Positions 26,759-35,797 of a stretch of DNA of 64,000 bases are shown piece by piece. This DNA comes from an uncultured bacterium (lineage in GTDB: Bacteria; Eisenbacteria; RBG-16-71-46; CAIMUX01; WJJG01). The DNA lies in contig CAYQJL010000166.1 in assembly GCA_964417675.1 (NCBI GenBank), forward strand, positions 2,867 through 66,866, in the 5' to 3' direction. The translations under genes were made by a program, and so were the position numbers. The notes under the pieces are model-generated. The model worked only from the letters and a program-made list of their open reading frames with translations, ran no database searches and had not been told where the DNA came from. Numbering within the stretch: the stretch's first letter is position 1; every line of letters starts with the position of its first letter.

Positions 26759-27538
26759 ATGGATGGCAAGATCACTGTATTGACACTGATCCCCAACGCC
26801 GGCGACCGCCTGTCGCGTTGTCTGGAGAGCGTTTCTTGGGCCGATGACCTCTTCTGCGTCGTCGATCCGAAGACCCGCGACGGTTCGGACGAGGTCGCCC
26901 GGCGCTACTCCCGCCATGTGGTGGCGCACGAATATGTCAATGCCGCCGACCAGCGCAACTGGGCCCTCCCGCAGATCGAAACCGAGTGGACTCTGGTTCT
27001 CGACGCCGACGAGTGGGTCTCCCCCGAGCTGGCCGCGCGCATCCAAGCCATTGTTGCCGACCCCGCCAGCCTCGATGGATACGATGTCAAACGCCTCTCC
27101 TACTTCTTCGGCAAGCTCATTCGTCATTGCGGCTGGCACCGCGACTACAACATGCGACTCTTCCGTACATGCAAGGGCCGCTATTCCGAGGACCGTGTGC
27201 ATGCAAGAGCGGTTATCGAAGGACGCACCGGACGCATCGACGAGGTGATGTATCACGAGACCTACCGCACCTTCGAGGAGTATTTCGCGACCTTCCAGCG
27301 CTTCACCAGCTGGGGCGCCCAGGACGCCTTCGATCGCGGCAAGCGCGCCACCCTGGGCGATCTCACTGTGCGGCCGCTGCTGCGCTTCCTGAAGATGTAC
27401 GTCGCGCGCCAGGGATTTCGCGACGGGTACCATGGCGCCGTGCTCTGCGGACTGGCGGCCTACTCGGTCTTTACCAAGTACGCCAAGGTATGGCATCTGG
27501 GACGTTTGGCGAAGGAAGAGCGGGGTGGGGGGGGCTGA
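26759..27538 (+). CDS. family 2 glycosyltransferase
   Basis: ITVLTLIPNAGDRLSRCLESVSWADDLFCVVD...DGS...WTLVLDADEWVSPEL (DxD context). GAGGGA lies 8 nt upstream of ATG 26759. Confidence 0.8.
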   Translation: MDGKITVLTLIPNAGDRLSRCLESVSWADDLFCVVDPKTRDGSDEVARRYSRHVVAHEYVNAADQRNWALPQIETEWTLVLDADEWVSPELAARIQAIVADPASLDGYDVKRLSYFFGKLIRHCGWHRDYNMRLFRTCKGRYSEDRVHARAVIEGRTGRIDEVMYHETYRTFEEYFATFQRFTSWGAQDAFDRGKRATLGDLTVRPLLRFLKMYVARQGFRDGYHGAVLCGLAAYSVFTKYAKVWHLGRLAKEERGGGG

Positions 27539-27683
27539 AGCCGGAAGACTCCCGGATCCCGGCTCCCAGTGCGCCGGGCTCGGCCGGAGAGCGTCGCCGG
27601 CTTTCCGATGCAAGATGACACGGTCCGGATCCGTCCGCCCGCCTGCGCTTGCCATACTTCCCAACGTCTGGTATCTTTGTATG

Positions 27684-27713
27684 TTGCGACGGTGCACTTC
27701 TAGGTTGTAATCA
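27684..27713 (+). promoter_or_regulatory. candidate sigma-70 promoter for the sensor kinase operon (TTGCGA-N18-TAATCA)
   Basis: Hexamers in a locally AT-richer stretch, about 25 nt upstream of the GGAGG/GTG 27733 start. Confidence 0.25.
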
Positions 27714-27732
27714 TTCTGCGGGAGGCGTCCTG

Positions 27733-30312
27733 GTGAAGCGGGTCTCTCGGCTGATTCTGCTGGGCTGCTGCAGCATTGGCCTTTTTCCTCAAGCGGGGGC
27801 GCAAGCTCAGCGGGAGGACCTGCCCTGGATTCTCGACACCCTGTCGCGCCGCAATGTGCGCGTCGGCGCGCCCGAGATGACCTGGCAGGCGATCGACTTG
27901 AATGGTGACGGCACCGACGAGCTGGCGGTCCTGCTCGACCATTACACCGTGCAGATCCACGCATTCGATGGCCATCGTTGGCAGATTCTGAAGCAGCACA
28001 ATCTCGAGGGGCCGGCCAGCCATCGCAACTTCTTTCGCACATGCTCGTGCGGCGATCTGGATGGCGACGGGTGGTCGGAGCTCGCCATCCCCCGGGTTGA
28101 CGGGGACTCTCTGTGGATCGATATCTGGGGAGACGGCGCCCGGCGTAGCCTGGGGCCGGTCCTCGCCGAGGACACCAAAAAGGACGGCATCTACGACGCG
28201 AGGCTCCTTCCGCTGGGGATGGTCCATGACGGCGCGGCGGGTGAGGATCTGCTGATCGTCCTCGCCATTGTCGGCCTCGACTCGGGGCTCAGGGGTGTTC
28301 TGGCCTATTCCCTCGAGGAGCAGGAGGAACGCTGGCGGCACGAAACCGGCCCCAACCCTTGTACGGCCACGGCGCGGTTGATCGATCTCGACGGTGACGG
28401 ACATCGTGAGATCCTGTTCACCATGGGGGCTTCCTGCAACGGCCGCGCGGCCGGAGTGACCGATGACGACCACGCCTGGGTCATGGCCCTGCGCCCCGGC
28501 GGGGAGCTGATGTGGTTCCAGCGGCTCGGGGGAGGGTTTCATCATCCCAACTGGTGCGAGGTGCTGCGCCCGGCCGCCGATCGCTGCGTTGTGGTCACCG
28601 GCACGCTGAACCGGCAGCACAGCCCGGAAAGGGGAGAGCGATCCGAGCTGCCCCCTGTGTCAGGCGACAGCCTGCATGTGTGGGATGGTCGCACGGGTCA
28701 GCGGCTCCAGGTGCTGGGCATCGCCGAGGGTCTGGGCAGCCTGGTCATGATCGATGACCGGCATCTCGCGGTGGGGACTCAGGAGGGCGTGCTTTCCGTA
28801 TATCCGCTCTCGCCCGCGGGCCGGCTGCTTTCTCCCGAGGCGCGTTTCCGCGTCGATCCGGCCATCAACCTCGTGCTGGCCAATGATCTGAATGGCAACG
28901 GCGCGGCGGAGCTGGTGGGCATCTCACGCGAACTCGGCACCCGTGTCGTCGTGCTCGACGGCCGCTTCGAGATGATGGCGGATCTGGAGCTTCCTCCCAC
29001 GGCCCGAGGCGTAAGCCTGATCCCGCTCGCGCGCGCGGGGCGGCCGGACCTGCTCCTGCTGGGTATGGAAGGGCATATGATGACCCTGGGGCTGATGCGC
29101 AATCTGAGGATCGGCTCGCCGGCGATTGCGAATCTGAACGATGGCCGCGAGTCGGCGGTTCGCCGCGAGAGCGGCTCTGACACCGGCGGTGGGGGCATGT
29201 TCGGGTTGCCGGGCGGGGCCCGGAGTGTGGGGCTCTTGCTGGCCATGGGCGCCGGGGGCGTGGCATGGGCATGGGCCCGGCGCACGCGGCGCGCGGGACC
29301 GGAAGGGGCGCCCGGGCTGCCGGCGGTATCTCCGGCGAGGCCGGCCGTCCTGACCGGGGATCTTCGCCGGTTGCGGGTGGCCCTGCTCATGGCCACCCAG
29401 ATCGGTGACCACGGGCATCTTGCGGTGACCCGTGTTGCTCGCCGGCTGATCTGGCTGCTGGAGGCGATCGCCCAGCAAGAGGCCCCGCCCGCCGAGTCAC
29501 TGAGTCGCCTGCAGGACACGGCTCGCGACTTCACCGACATCACCAGCCCCCAGATCGAGCAGATCCTGGCCCTGGCCGCCGCCCTGCAGGTCGAGACCTC
29601 CGTCAGCGAGCCTGTGCAGGCCGGGCGCGAGACACTGACCACCCTGTGCCAGGCGCTCGATCGCGCGGGTTGGACCCACGAGCAGATCCTCAACGCGCTT
29701 CCCGGGGCCAGGGCGGCGTGCGAGCAGATCGAGGGCGGGCTTCACCGCCTGCGGCTGGATGCGCTGCACAGCGTGACCCAGCCGCTGACGCGCGAGATCG
29801 AAAGCGCCGTGGCCACCGCGCGAGAGAGCGCCGGTGCCGCGGCAGCGCGCATCACCATGGAGATCGCGCCCGAGGCCCGGGCCTGTCATGTGCGCGCGGC
29901 GCGTGGCGACCTGGCCGTCATCATGGAGAACCTGATCGCCAACTCCGTCCGGGCGGTCGCCGGACGGCCGGATCCGTGGATTCGCATTCGGGGCTGGGTC
30001 GAGAAGCGCTTCGCCGTGGTGGAGGTCTCCGACAACGGTTGCGGCATCCCGGTCGAGAAGCAGGAGGAGATCTTCCGGGCCGGCATATCCTCGCGGGAAA
30101 CCGGCGGCACCGGCCTGTTCGCATCCCGCCGCCTGCTCGATGACCTGGGGGGCAGCTTGCGCGTGAAGGAGAGCCGGATCGACGGCGGCACGACCATGGA
30201 ACTGCGCCTGATGATCGAGACGTCGCCGGCCCCCGCGCCCGAAACCGGGCCGGGCGCGGGGGAGCAGGCTGTGGCCGTGAGCGAGTCCGGTACGCACCTG
30301 GGGCGTCTGTAG
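27733..30312 (+). CDS. sensor histidine kinase with periplasmic FG-GAP/VCBS-repeat (beta-propeller-like) domain
   Basis: GGAGG + GTG 27733. Signal peptide. Repeated DLNGDGTDELAV / GDLDGDGWSELAI / IDLDGDGHREILF / NDLNGNGAAELVG. TM around LLLAMGAGGVAWAWA. HATPase_c boxes ENLIANSVRA, DNGCGIP, GGTGLF. Only a degenerate H-box candidate (WTHEQILNAL). Confidence 0.8.
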   Translation: MKRVSRLILLGCCSIGLFPQAGAQAQREDLPWILDTLSRRNVRVGAPEMTWQAIDLNGDGTDELAVLLDHYTVQIHAFDGHRWQILKQHNLEGPASHRNFFRTCSCGDLDGDGWSELAIPRVDGDSLWIDIWGDGARRSLGPVLAEDTKKDGIYDARLLPLGMVHDGAAGEDLLIVLAIVGLDSGLRGVLAYSLEEQEERWRHETGPNPCTATARLIDLDGDGHREILFTMGASCNGRAAGVTDDDHAWVMALRPGGELMWFQRLGGGFHHPNWCEVLRPAADRCVVVTGTLNRQHSPERGERSELPPVSGDSLHVWDGRTGQRLQVLGIAEGLGSLVMIDDRHLAVGTQEGVLSVYPLSPAGRLLSPEARFRVDPAINLVLANDLNGNGAAELVGISRELGTRVVVLDGRFEMMADLELPPTARGVSLIPLARAGRPDLLLLGMEGHMMTLGLMRNLRIGSPAIANLNDGRESAVRRESGSDTGGGGMFGLPGGARSVGLLLAMGAGGVAWAWARRTRRAGPEGAPGLPAVSPARPAVLTGDLRRLRVALLMATQIGDHGHLAVTRVARRLIWLLEAIAQQEAPPAESLSRLQDTARDFTDITSPQIEQILALAAALQVETSVSEPVQAGRETLTTLCQALDRAGWTHEQILNALPGARAACEQIEGGLHRLRLDALHSVTQPLTREIESAVATARESAGAAAARITMEIAPEARACHVRAARGDLAVIMENLIANSVRAVAGRPDPWIRIRGWVEKRFAVVEVSDNGCGIPVEKQEEIFRAGISSRETGGTGLFASRRLLDDLGGSLRVKESRIDGGTTMELRLMIETSPAPAPETGPGAGEQAVAVSESGTHLGRL

Positions 30313-30324
30313 GAGAGGGGCGCC

Positions 30325-31734
30325 ATGACCAAGGCGAACGAGTCCCGGGATCCGCAACGGCCGAAGGTGCTCTTGATCGATGACGACCGCGAGTTCTGTT
30401 CGGATCTGGCGGCGTTGCTGTCGAGGCGGCTCGAGTTCTTGTGCGCGCACACGGTCCCTGAAGGGCTGGAGCGCCTGACGGCGGCGCACCCGGACGCGGT
30501 CCTGCTCGATGTCGACCTGGGCTCGGGCCAGGATGGACTCGCCGGATTGCTCGAGATCCGCCGTGATCCGGCGGCGCCGCCCGTGATCATGCTGACCGGC
30601 GACCGGCGAATTCCCACCGTGGTCGAGGCCATGCGACTGGGCGCCTACCATTACCTGCCGAAGCCTCCCGGCATCGAGGAGATCGTCCACCTTGTAGAAC
30701 GCGCCATGGAAGAGCAGAAGCTGCGCCGGCGGGTGCTGTCGCTGGAGCGCGACGTCGAGTCGCTGCGCGGGGACATCGTGGCGCAGGACCCGCGCACGCT
30801 GGAGCTGCTGCGCCTGGTCGCCCGCGTGGCGCCGACGGATGCCAGCGTGTTCATCACCGGTGAGTCGGGCACCGGCAAGGAGCTCATTGCCCGGCGGATT
30901 CACGATACCAGCCGCCGCGCGGACGGCCCCTTCGTGGTGGTCAACTGCCCCGCCGTACCGAAGGATCTGATCGAGAGCGAGGTGTTCGGCCACGAGGCCG
31001 GAGCCTTCACCGATGCCAAACGCCGCCGGCTGGGCGCCTTCGAGCTGGCCAACGGCGGCACGCTCTTTCTGGATGAGCTGGGGGACAGCCCTCCCGCGCT
31101 GCAGGCCAAGATCCTGCGCGTGCTCGAATCGAGTGTTCTCCAGCGGGTCGGAAGCGAGCATCCCATCCAGGTGGACGTGAGGGTCATCTCGGCCACCAAT
31201 CGGGATGTTCCCGCGCAACTCGAAGCCGGAACGCTGCGCGAGGATCTCTTCTATCGGCTCAATGTCTATCCGCTGCACATTCCCCCGCTGCGCGAACGGC
31301 CGGGTGACATTCTCAGAATCGCCTACCACTTCCTGGCGCTCTTCGCCAGCCGCGACGGCAAGCCGCTGCGCGGCATCTCGCCGGCGGCCGAGAAGCTGCT
31401 CCTGGACCAGCCGTGGGGCGGGAATGTGCGCCAGCTGCGCAACGTCATCGAGCGGGCCGTCATCGACTGCCAGGGCGAGCGGCTCGACCTTCCCGACCTT
31501 GGCCTGGGCCGTCCGGGCGCGCTCCCCGCATCGTTGCCGTATGACGAGGCCAAGCTCCTGGCGCTACAGACCTTCAAGCGGGATTACGTGCTCGCGCGCC
31601 TGCGCGAGAGCGCGGGCAATGTGAGCCAGGCGGCCGAACGGAGTGGGCTGAAGCGCCAGAGCTTCCAGCGGATGATGCAGGAGTGCCGCATCGATCCGCG
31701 GCCCTTCCGCACGGGCGGAACGGACGGGCCCTAG
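30325..31734 (+). CDS. sigma-54-dependent Fis-family response regulator (NtrC-like)
   Basis: REC domain (LLIDDD...LLDVDL...MLTG...LPKP). AAA+ domain (GESGTGKELIARRIH, GAFTDA variant of GAFTGA, LFLDELG, RVISATN). C-terminal HTH (AGNVSQAAERSGLKRQSFQRMM). Confidence 0.9.
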   Translation: MTKANESRDPQRPKVLLIDDDREFCSDLAALLSRRLEFLCAHTVPEGLERLTAAHPDAVLLDVDLGSGQDGLAGLLEIRRDPAAPPVIMLTGDRRIPTVVEAMRLGAYHYLPKPPGIEEIVHLVERAMEEQKLRRRVLSLERDVESLRGDIVAQDPRTLELLRLVARVAPTDASVFITGESGTGKELIARRIHDTSRRADGPFVVVNCPAVPKDLIESEVFGHEAGAFTDAKRRRLGAFELANGGTLFLDELGDSPPALQAKILRVLESSVLQRVGSEHPIQVDVRVISATNRDVPAQLEAGTLREDLFYRLNVYPLHIPPLRERPGDILRIAYHFLALFASRDGKPLRGISPAAEKLLLDQPWGGNVRQLRNVIERAVIDCQGERLDLPDLGLGRPGALPASLPYDEAKLLALQTFKRDYVLARLRESAGNVSQAAERSGLKRQSFQRMMQECRIDPRPFRTGGTDGP

Positions 31735-31744
31735 CCGGGGGCGC

Positions 31745-32086
31745 CTACCGGTGCTCATGCTCGGTGGTGTTGAAGGTGTAGGATACGACCACCCCCTGGT
31801 CGTCGAAGCGCAGCACGAGATCCTTGGTCTTGGCCTCCGAGAAGATTGCGTAGCGGTAGCGCCCGTAGGTCCAGGTGACCCCGCCGTCCTCGATCCCGGT
31901 GCGCCAGGGAGGGCCGAAGGTCTCCTCGATCTCGGCCTGGGTGGTCCGATGCAGTTGAATCGCGGCTACCTTGTCCGCCGGGAAGTCATGCCCGACCGTG
32001 GCACAGCCTCCCAGGAACAGTCCGGTCGACAGAAGCGCCGGCGGTATGAACCGCCGGGGCGCCATCCTGCGTAGCATCCGAATCAC
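31745..32086 (-). CDS. BamE/SmpA_OmlA-like small outer-membrane lipoprotein
   Basis: Lipobox LFLGGC, then GHDFPADKVAAIQLHRTTQAEIEETFGPPW... AAGGAGG lies 6 nt upstream of GTG 32086; ATG 32077 is an alternative. Confidence 0.6.
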   Translation of the reverse strand: MIRMLRRMAPRRFIPPALLSTGLFLGGCATVGHDFPADKVAAIQLHRTTQAEIEETFGPPWRTGIEDGGVTWTYGRYRYAIFSEAKTKDLVLRFDDQGVVVSYTFNTTEHEHR

Positions 32087-32114
32087 CGTCTGCCTCCTTG
32101 CGCGTACCCGTGGA

Positions 32115-33782
32115 TTACCGAACCTTGACCAGCCTCGTCGCGGCGCTGCCCTCGCTGCTGGCCGCTCGCAGCCAGACCACCCCGGCCGGCCAGTCGTGGG
32201 TGGGCAGTTCCTGGACCGTCTGCCGGGCGCCGGCGAGGCGCTGCCGCCCGAGGATCCGTCCGTTGGCGTCGATGACCGACAGCTCGATCGGCGCGGCCGA
32301 AGGTTGCACGAGCGCGAAGCGCGCGACATCGAGCACCGGATTGGGTCCCATCCGGCGCAGGACCAGGCGCGCGCCGGCATGGCTGGGCGGATCGAGCGGC
32401 GCCGTGTTCATGAAGAGCGGCTGCGCCAGTGTGGCCAGCGCGGCCACCCCAGCCTTCAGGCACTGTGTACCGAACGGCCAGTAGGCATCGTAGTTGGCCA
32501 GCAGGTCGCTGGTCGAGTGGTAGTAGGGATTGGAGGAGTAGTCGTCCTCGATGCCGAGGATGGCCGGGTACCCATGGACCCAGAAGGGATAGTGATCGCT
32601 GTAGGATGACCCGGGGTTGTAGTCCAACTGGATGCTCAGTTCCGGCACGTAGGTGGCGGCCGCATCGGCCAGGGCCTGGGCCAGCGGATAGGACGGTGTG
32701 TTATAGGGCACATAGACACCGCCGTCGAAATCCGCATCGAATAGAATCATGTCGAAGTTGATCACGCCCAGGATCTGCTCGCCGGCCTGGGCAGCCGCCG
32801 CGGCGTAGGCGTAACTGCCGCACAGGCCCATCTCCTCGGCGCCGAAACAGATGTAGCGGATCGTGTACTCGAAGTTGTACTGCGACAGCACCCGCGCGGC
32901 CTCGATGGCGCCTCCCGATCCGCTGGCATTGTCATCGGCCCCGGGTGCGACCGGTTCGGGATAGAACGTATAGCCCGCGGTCGAGTCCAGGTGGCCACAG
33001 ATGATGTAGATCTGTTCGGGGTAGGTCACCCCGATCTGCTCGGCCACGACATTGTAGCAGTCGAAATCATCCCCCCACCAGGCATCCGCCCAGAACGGCT
33101 GGATCTCTGCCTCGAGCCCATAGGATTCGAAGGTGTTGTGCGCCCAGAGACAGGCGTCGTGGTACTCGGACCGGCGGGCGTTGCGGGTCACGAAGTTCTC
33201 CAGGGATTGGATGATGCCCTTGTACGAAGCCTCGTCGATCTGATCGATGATCTCCTGGATGTCGCTGTTGCGTGCAGTCGGCAGCGGTTCATACCCGGTC
33301 GCCGGCGCCGCCGGCCGTCTGCGCAGCGCCTCCATGGCATCGTTCCAGAGCGCGCCGGTGAGCGGTTGGGGGCGCAGGGGCAGGACGCCCTGGATGCCGT
33401 GCAGCGAGAAGCCGGCCGGGACGACCGGATCGAGCCGGATGAGCCACCGGCCGGAACGCTCAAAGAGGACGCTGCCGAGCGCCGAGAGGTTCGCGCGTCC
33501 CTCCGCCGAGGCCGGGTGAGCGATCACCCAGCGATCCTCGGCCGCGACCTCATCCGCCAGGACGGCGACGCCGCGCGGAAGATCGCCGCCGGCCGGGTCG
33601 CGCCACAGGATGAGCATCTCCTCGTTGTGATAAAGACAGAGGGCGTCCTTGCGCCACCCCGGATCGACATCGCGGGCCGCGACATCCTCGACCAGAAGCA
33701 GCTGTCCGGCCGTGGCCGGTCCGATCCAGCCGGCCAGCAGTGTGAGGGCGACAAGGCCGTTGACGAGACATTTCTGCATCAT
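32115..33782 (-). CDS. secreted M28-family metallopeptidase with FlgD/T9SS-type C-terminal domain
   Basis: Signal peptide. GADDNASGSGGAIEAARVL, FGAEEMGLCGSYAYA, SDHYPF, HSTSD. C-terminus ...ELSVIDANGRILG...WPAGVVWLRAAS...TRLVKVR. Confidence 0.85.
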   Translation of the reverse strand: MMQKCLVNGLVALTLLAGWIGPATAGQLLLVEDVAARDVDPGWRKDALCLYHNEEMLILWRDPAGGDLPRGVAVLADEVAAEDRWVIAHPASAEGRANLSALGSVLFERSGRWLIRLDPVVPAGFSLHGIQGVLPLRPQPLTGALWNDAMEALRRRPAAPATGYEPLPTARNSDIQEIIDQIDEASYKGIIQSLENFVTRNARRSEYHDACLWAHNTFESYGLEAEIQPFWADAWWGDDFDCYNVVAEQIGVTYPEQIYIICGHLDSTAGYTFYPEPVAPGADDNASGSGGAIEAARVLSQYNFEYTIRYICFGAEEMGLCGSYAYAAAAAQAGEQILGVINFDMILFDADFDGGVYVPYNTPSYPLAQALADAAATYVPELSIQLDYNPGSSYSDHYPFWVHGYPAILGIEDDYSSNPYYHSTSDLLANYDAYWPFGTQCLKAGVAALATLAQPLFMNTAPLDPPSHAGARLVLRRMGPNPVLDVARFALVQPSAAPIELSVIDANGRILGRQRLAGARQTVQELPTHDWPAGVVWLRAASSEGSAATRLVKVR

Positions 33783-33804
33783 GACAGAACTCCTCCGGTG
33801 GTCG

Positions 33805-33821
33805 ATGCAAGATCGTTGCCG
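33805..33821 (-). promoter_or_regulatory. sigma-54-type -24/-12-like element upstream of the M28 peptidase gene
   Basis: The minus strand reads cGGCAAcgatcTTGCAt, with exact GG-N10-GC spacing versus the consensus TGGCAC-N5-TTGCW. Caveat: the predicted start site would fall at the GGAGG Shine-Dalgarno, only about 13 nt before the ATG. Confidence 0.3.
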
Positions 33822-33943
33822 ATCGATGCTTCGAGGCCAGCGTGATCTCTGGTGCGCCCGGACGAGGACCGGGCCGGTTCGACCAGTATAGCACTCCTGG
33901 CGGCTCGTGGGGCAGCTTCCCGGGCGCCGGCCGGTCCGGATCC

Positions 33944-35797
33944 CTATCCGGCGCCCTGCGTCGCGAACTGCAGGCGGTAGAGCCGGGCATAGAAACCGCC
34001 GGCGCGCAGCAGGCCCTCGTGGTTACCCTGTTCGACAATTCGCCCGCGATGCAGTACGAGGATCCGGTCGGCGTTGCGCACCGTCGAGAGACGGTGCGCG
34101 ATCACGATCGCGGTGCGGTCGCGCACGAGCGCGCTCAGGGCATCCTGGATGAGGGCTTCGGTCTCGCTGTCGATGCTGGCGGTGGCCTCATCGAGCACCA
34201 GAATCTCGGGATCGAACGCCAGTGCCCGGGCAAACGCCAGCAGCTGCCGCTCGCCGGTCGAGAATGCGCCGCCGCGCTCGCTGACCGGGCTGTCCAGTCC
34301 GGCGGACAGGCGGCCGATGAAATGATCCGCGCGCGCCGTGCGGGCGGCGGCGAGCACCCGCTCGCGCCCGATGGCCTCGTTTCCGAGGCGGATGTTGTCC
34401 TCGATCGTGCCGGAGAAGAGAAACACGTCCTGTTGCACGATGGCCAGCGCCCGCCGCAGCTCCTGGCGGGGGAGGGTGGCAATGTCGACGCCGCCGATCG
34501 TGATCCGGCCGAAGGTCGGATCGTAGAAACGGGCCAGCAGGGCGACCAGGGTGGTCTTGCCCGAGCCGGTGGCCCCCACGACGGCGGTGGTCCGTCCGGC
34601 GGGCAGCTCCACGCAGATGTCATGCAGGACCTCGCTCGTGCCGTCATAGCTGAAGTGGACGTGCTCGAAACGGATCTCGCCGTGCGGATCGAACGCCGCG
34701 GCCGGCGCGGCGTCCGTGTTCGCGATCCCCTCCGCCGGCGCGGCGCCGGCGCTCTCGATTCCCTCCTCGGCCGGCTCGTCAAGCAGTCCGAAGATCCGTT
34801 CCGACGAGGCCATGGCATCCTGCAGGATGTTGTACTTGTCCGAGAGATCGCGGATCGGCATGAAAAAGCGGCGCACGTACTGGATGAAGGCGACCAGGGC
34901 GCCGAAGGTGAGCTCGTTGTGGAGCACCTCGCCGCCGCCGTACCAGAGAATCATGCCGATGGCGATCGACTGGATCAATTCGACCAGGGGGAAATAGACC
35001 GCAAAAGCCTTGACCGAGGCCAGGTAGGCGTCGCGATGCTCCGCATTCAGTTCGCCGAATTCGCCCTCGTTGCGATCCTCGCGGCAGAGGGCCTGGATCA
35101 CCGTGATCCCGCTGATGCTCTCCTGCAGGTAGGTGTTGATCCGGGCGACCGCGGCCCGGATCCGCCGGAAGGCCCGGCGCACCCGCGTGCGGAACTGGAT
35201 GCTGATGAGGAAGATGAACGGCAAAGCCGCGAAGGTGATCAGGGCCAGCTTCGGGTTGAGCACGATCAGCACGATCATGATGCCCAGCAGGGTGAAGATG
35301 TCGCCGAAGATGGCGACCACCCCCTGGGTGAACATCTGATTGAGGACTTCCACGTCGTTGGTCGCGCGGGTCATGAGGCGGCCGATCGGGTTGCGATCGA
35401 AGAAGGCCACCGGCAGGCGGTGTAGATGGCGGTAGATGTCGGCGCGCAGGCCCAGCATGGCGCGCTGTCCGACCAGATTCATCAGCACGATCTGGGCATA
35501 CTGCAGCAGGCCGGTGACGACCAGGAGAGCGAACCACAGCAGGCAGATCCTGACCAGGCCGGGATAATCGCCGGTGGCGATGTAGTCGTCGATGGCGATA
35601 CGTGTCAGGAACGGTCCGGCCAGGCTGGCCAGCGAGTAGAGAATCAGCAGGGCGGTGGTGAGGATCACGATCCCGCGCGAGGGCCGCATGTAGCGCAGGA
35701 TGCGCATCATCAGGCGATGGTCGTAGATGCGCCCGGAGAGCTCGTCGCTTGCGATCCCCCGGGCCGGCCCGGCCGATGGTTCCCGCGCCGCCGCCAT
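33944..35797 (-). CDS. ABC transporter, fused permease/ATPase (type I exporter half-transporter)
   Basis: Six-TM ABC_membrane region, then GATGSGKTTLV, LSTGERQLLAFARAL, ILVLDEATASID. Confidence 0.9.
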   Translation of the reverse strand: MAAAREPSAGPARGIASDELSGRIYDHRLMMRILRYMRPSRGIVILTTALLILYSLASLAGPFLTRIAIDDYIATGDYPGLVRICLLWFALLVVTGLLQYAQIVLMNLVGQRAMLGLRADIYRHLHRLPVAFFDRNPIGRLMTRATNDVEVLNQMFTQGVVAIFGDIFTLLGIMIVLIVLNPKLALITFAALPFIFLISIQFRTRVRRAFRRIRAAVARINTYLQESISGITVIQALCREDRNEGEFGELNAEHRDAYLASVKAFAVYFPLVELIQSIAIGMILWYGGGEVLHNELTFGALVAFIQYVRRFFMPIRDLSDKYNILQDAMASSERIFGLLDEPAEEGIESAGAAPAEGIANTDAAPAAAFDPHGEIRFEHVHFSYDGTSEVLHDICVELPAGRTTAVVGATGSGKTTLVALLARFYDPTFGRITIGGVDIATLPRQELRRALAIVQQDVFLFSGTIEDNIRLGNEAIGRERVLAAARTARADHFIGRLSAGLDSPVSERGGAFSTGERQLLAFARALAFDPEILVLDEATASIDSETEALIQDALSALVRDRTAIVIAHRLSTVRNADRILVLHRGRIVEQGNHEGLLRAGGFYARLYRLQFATQGAG

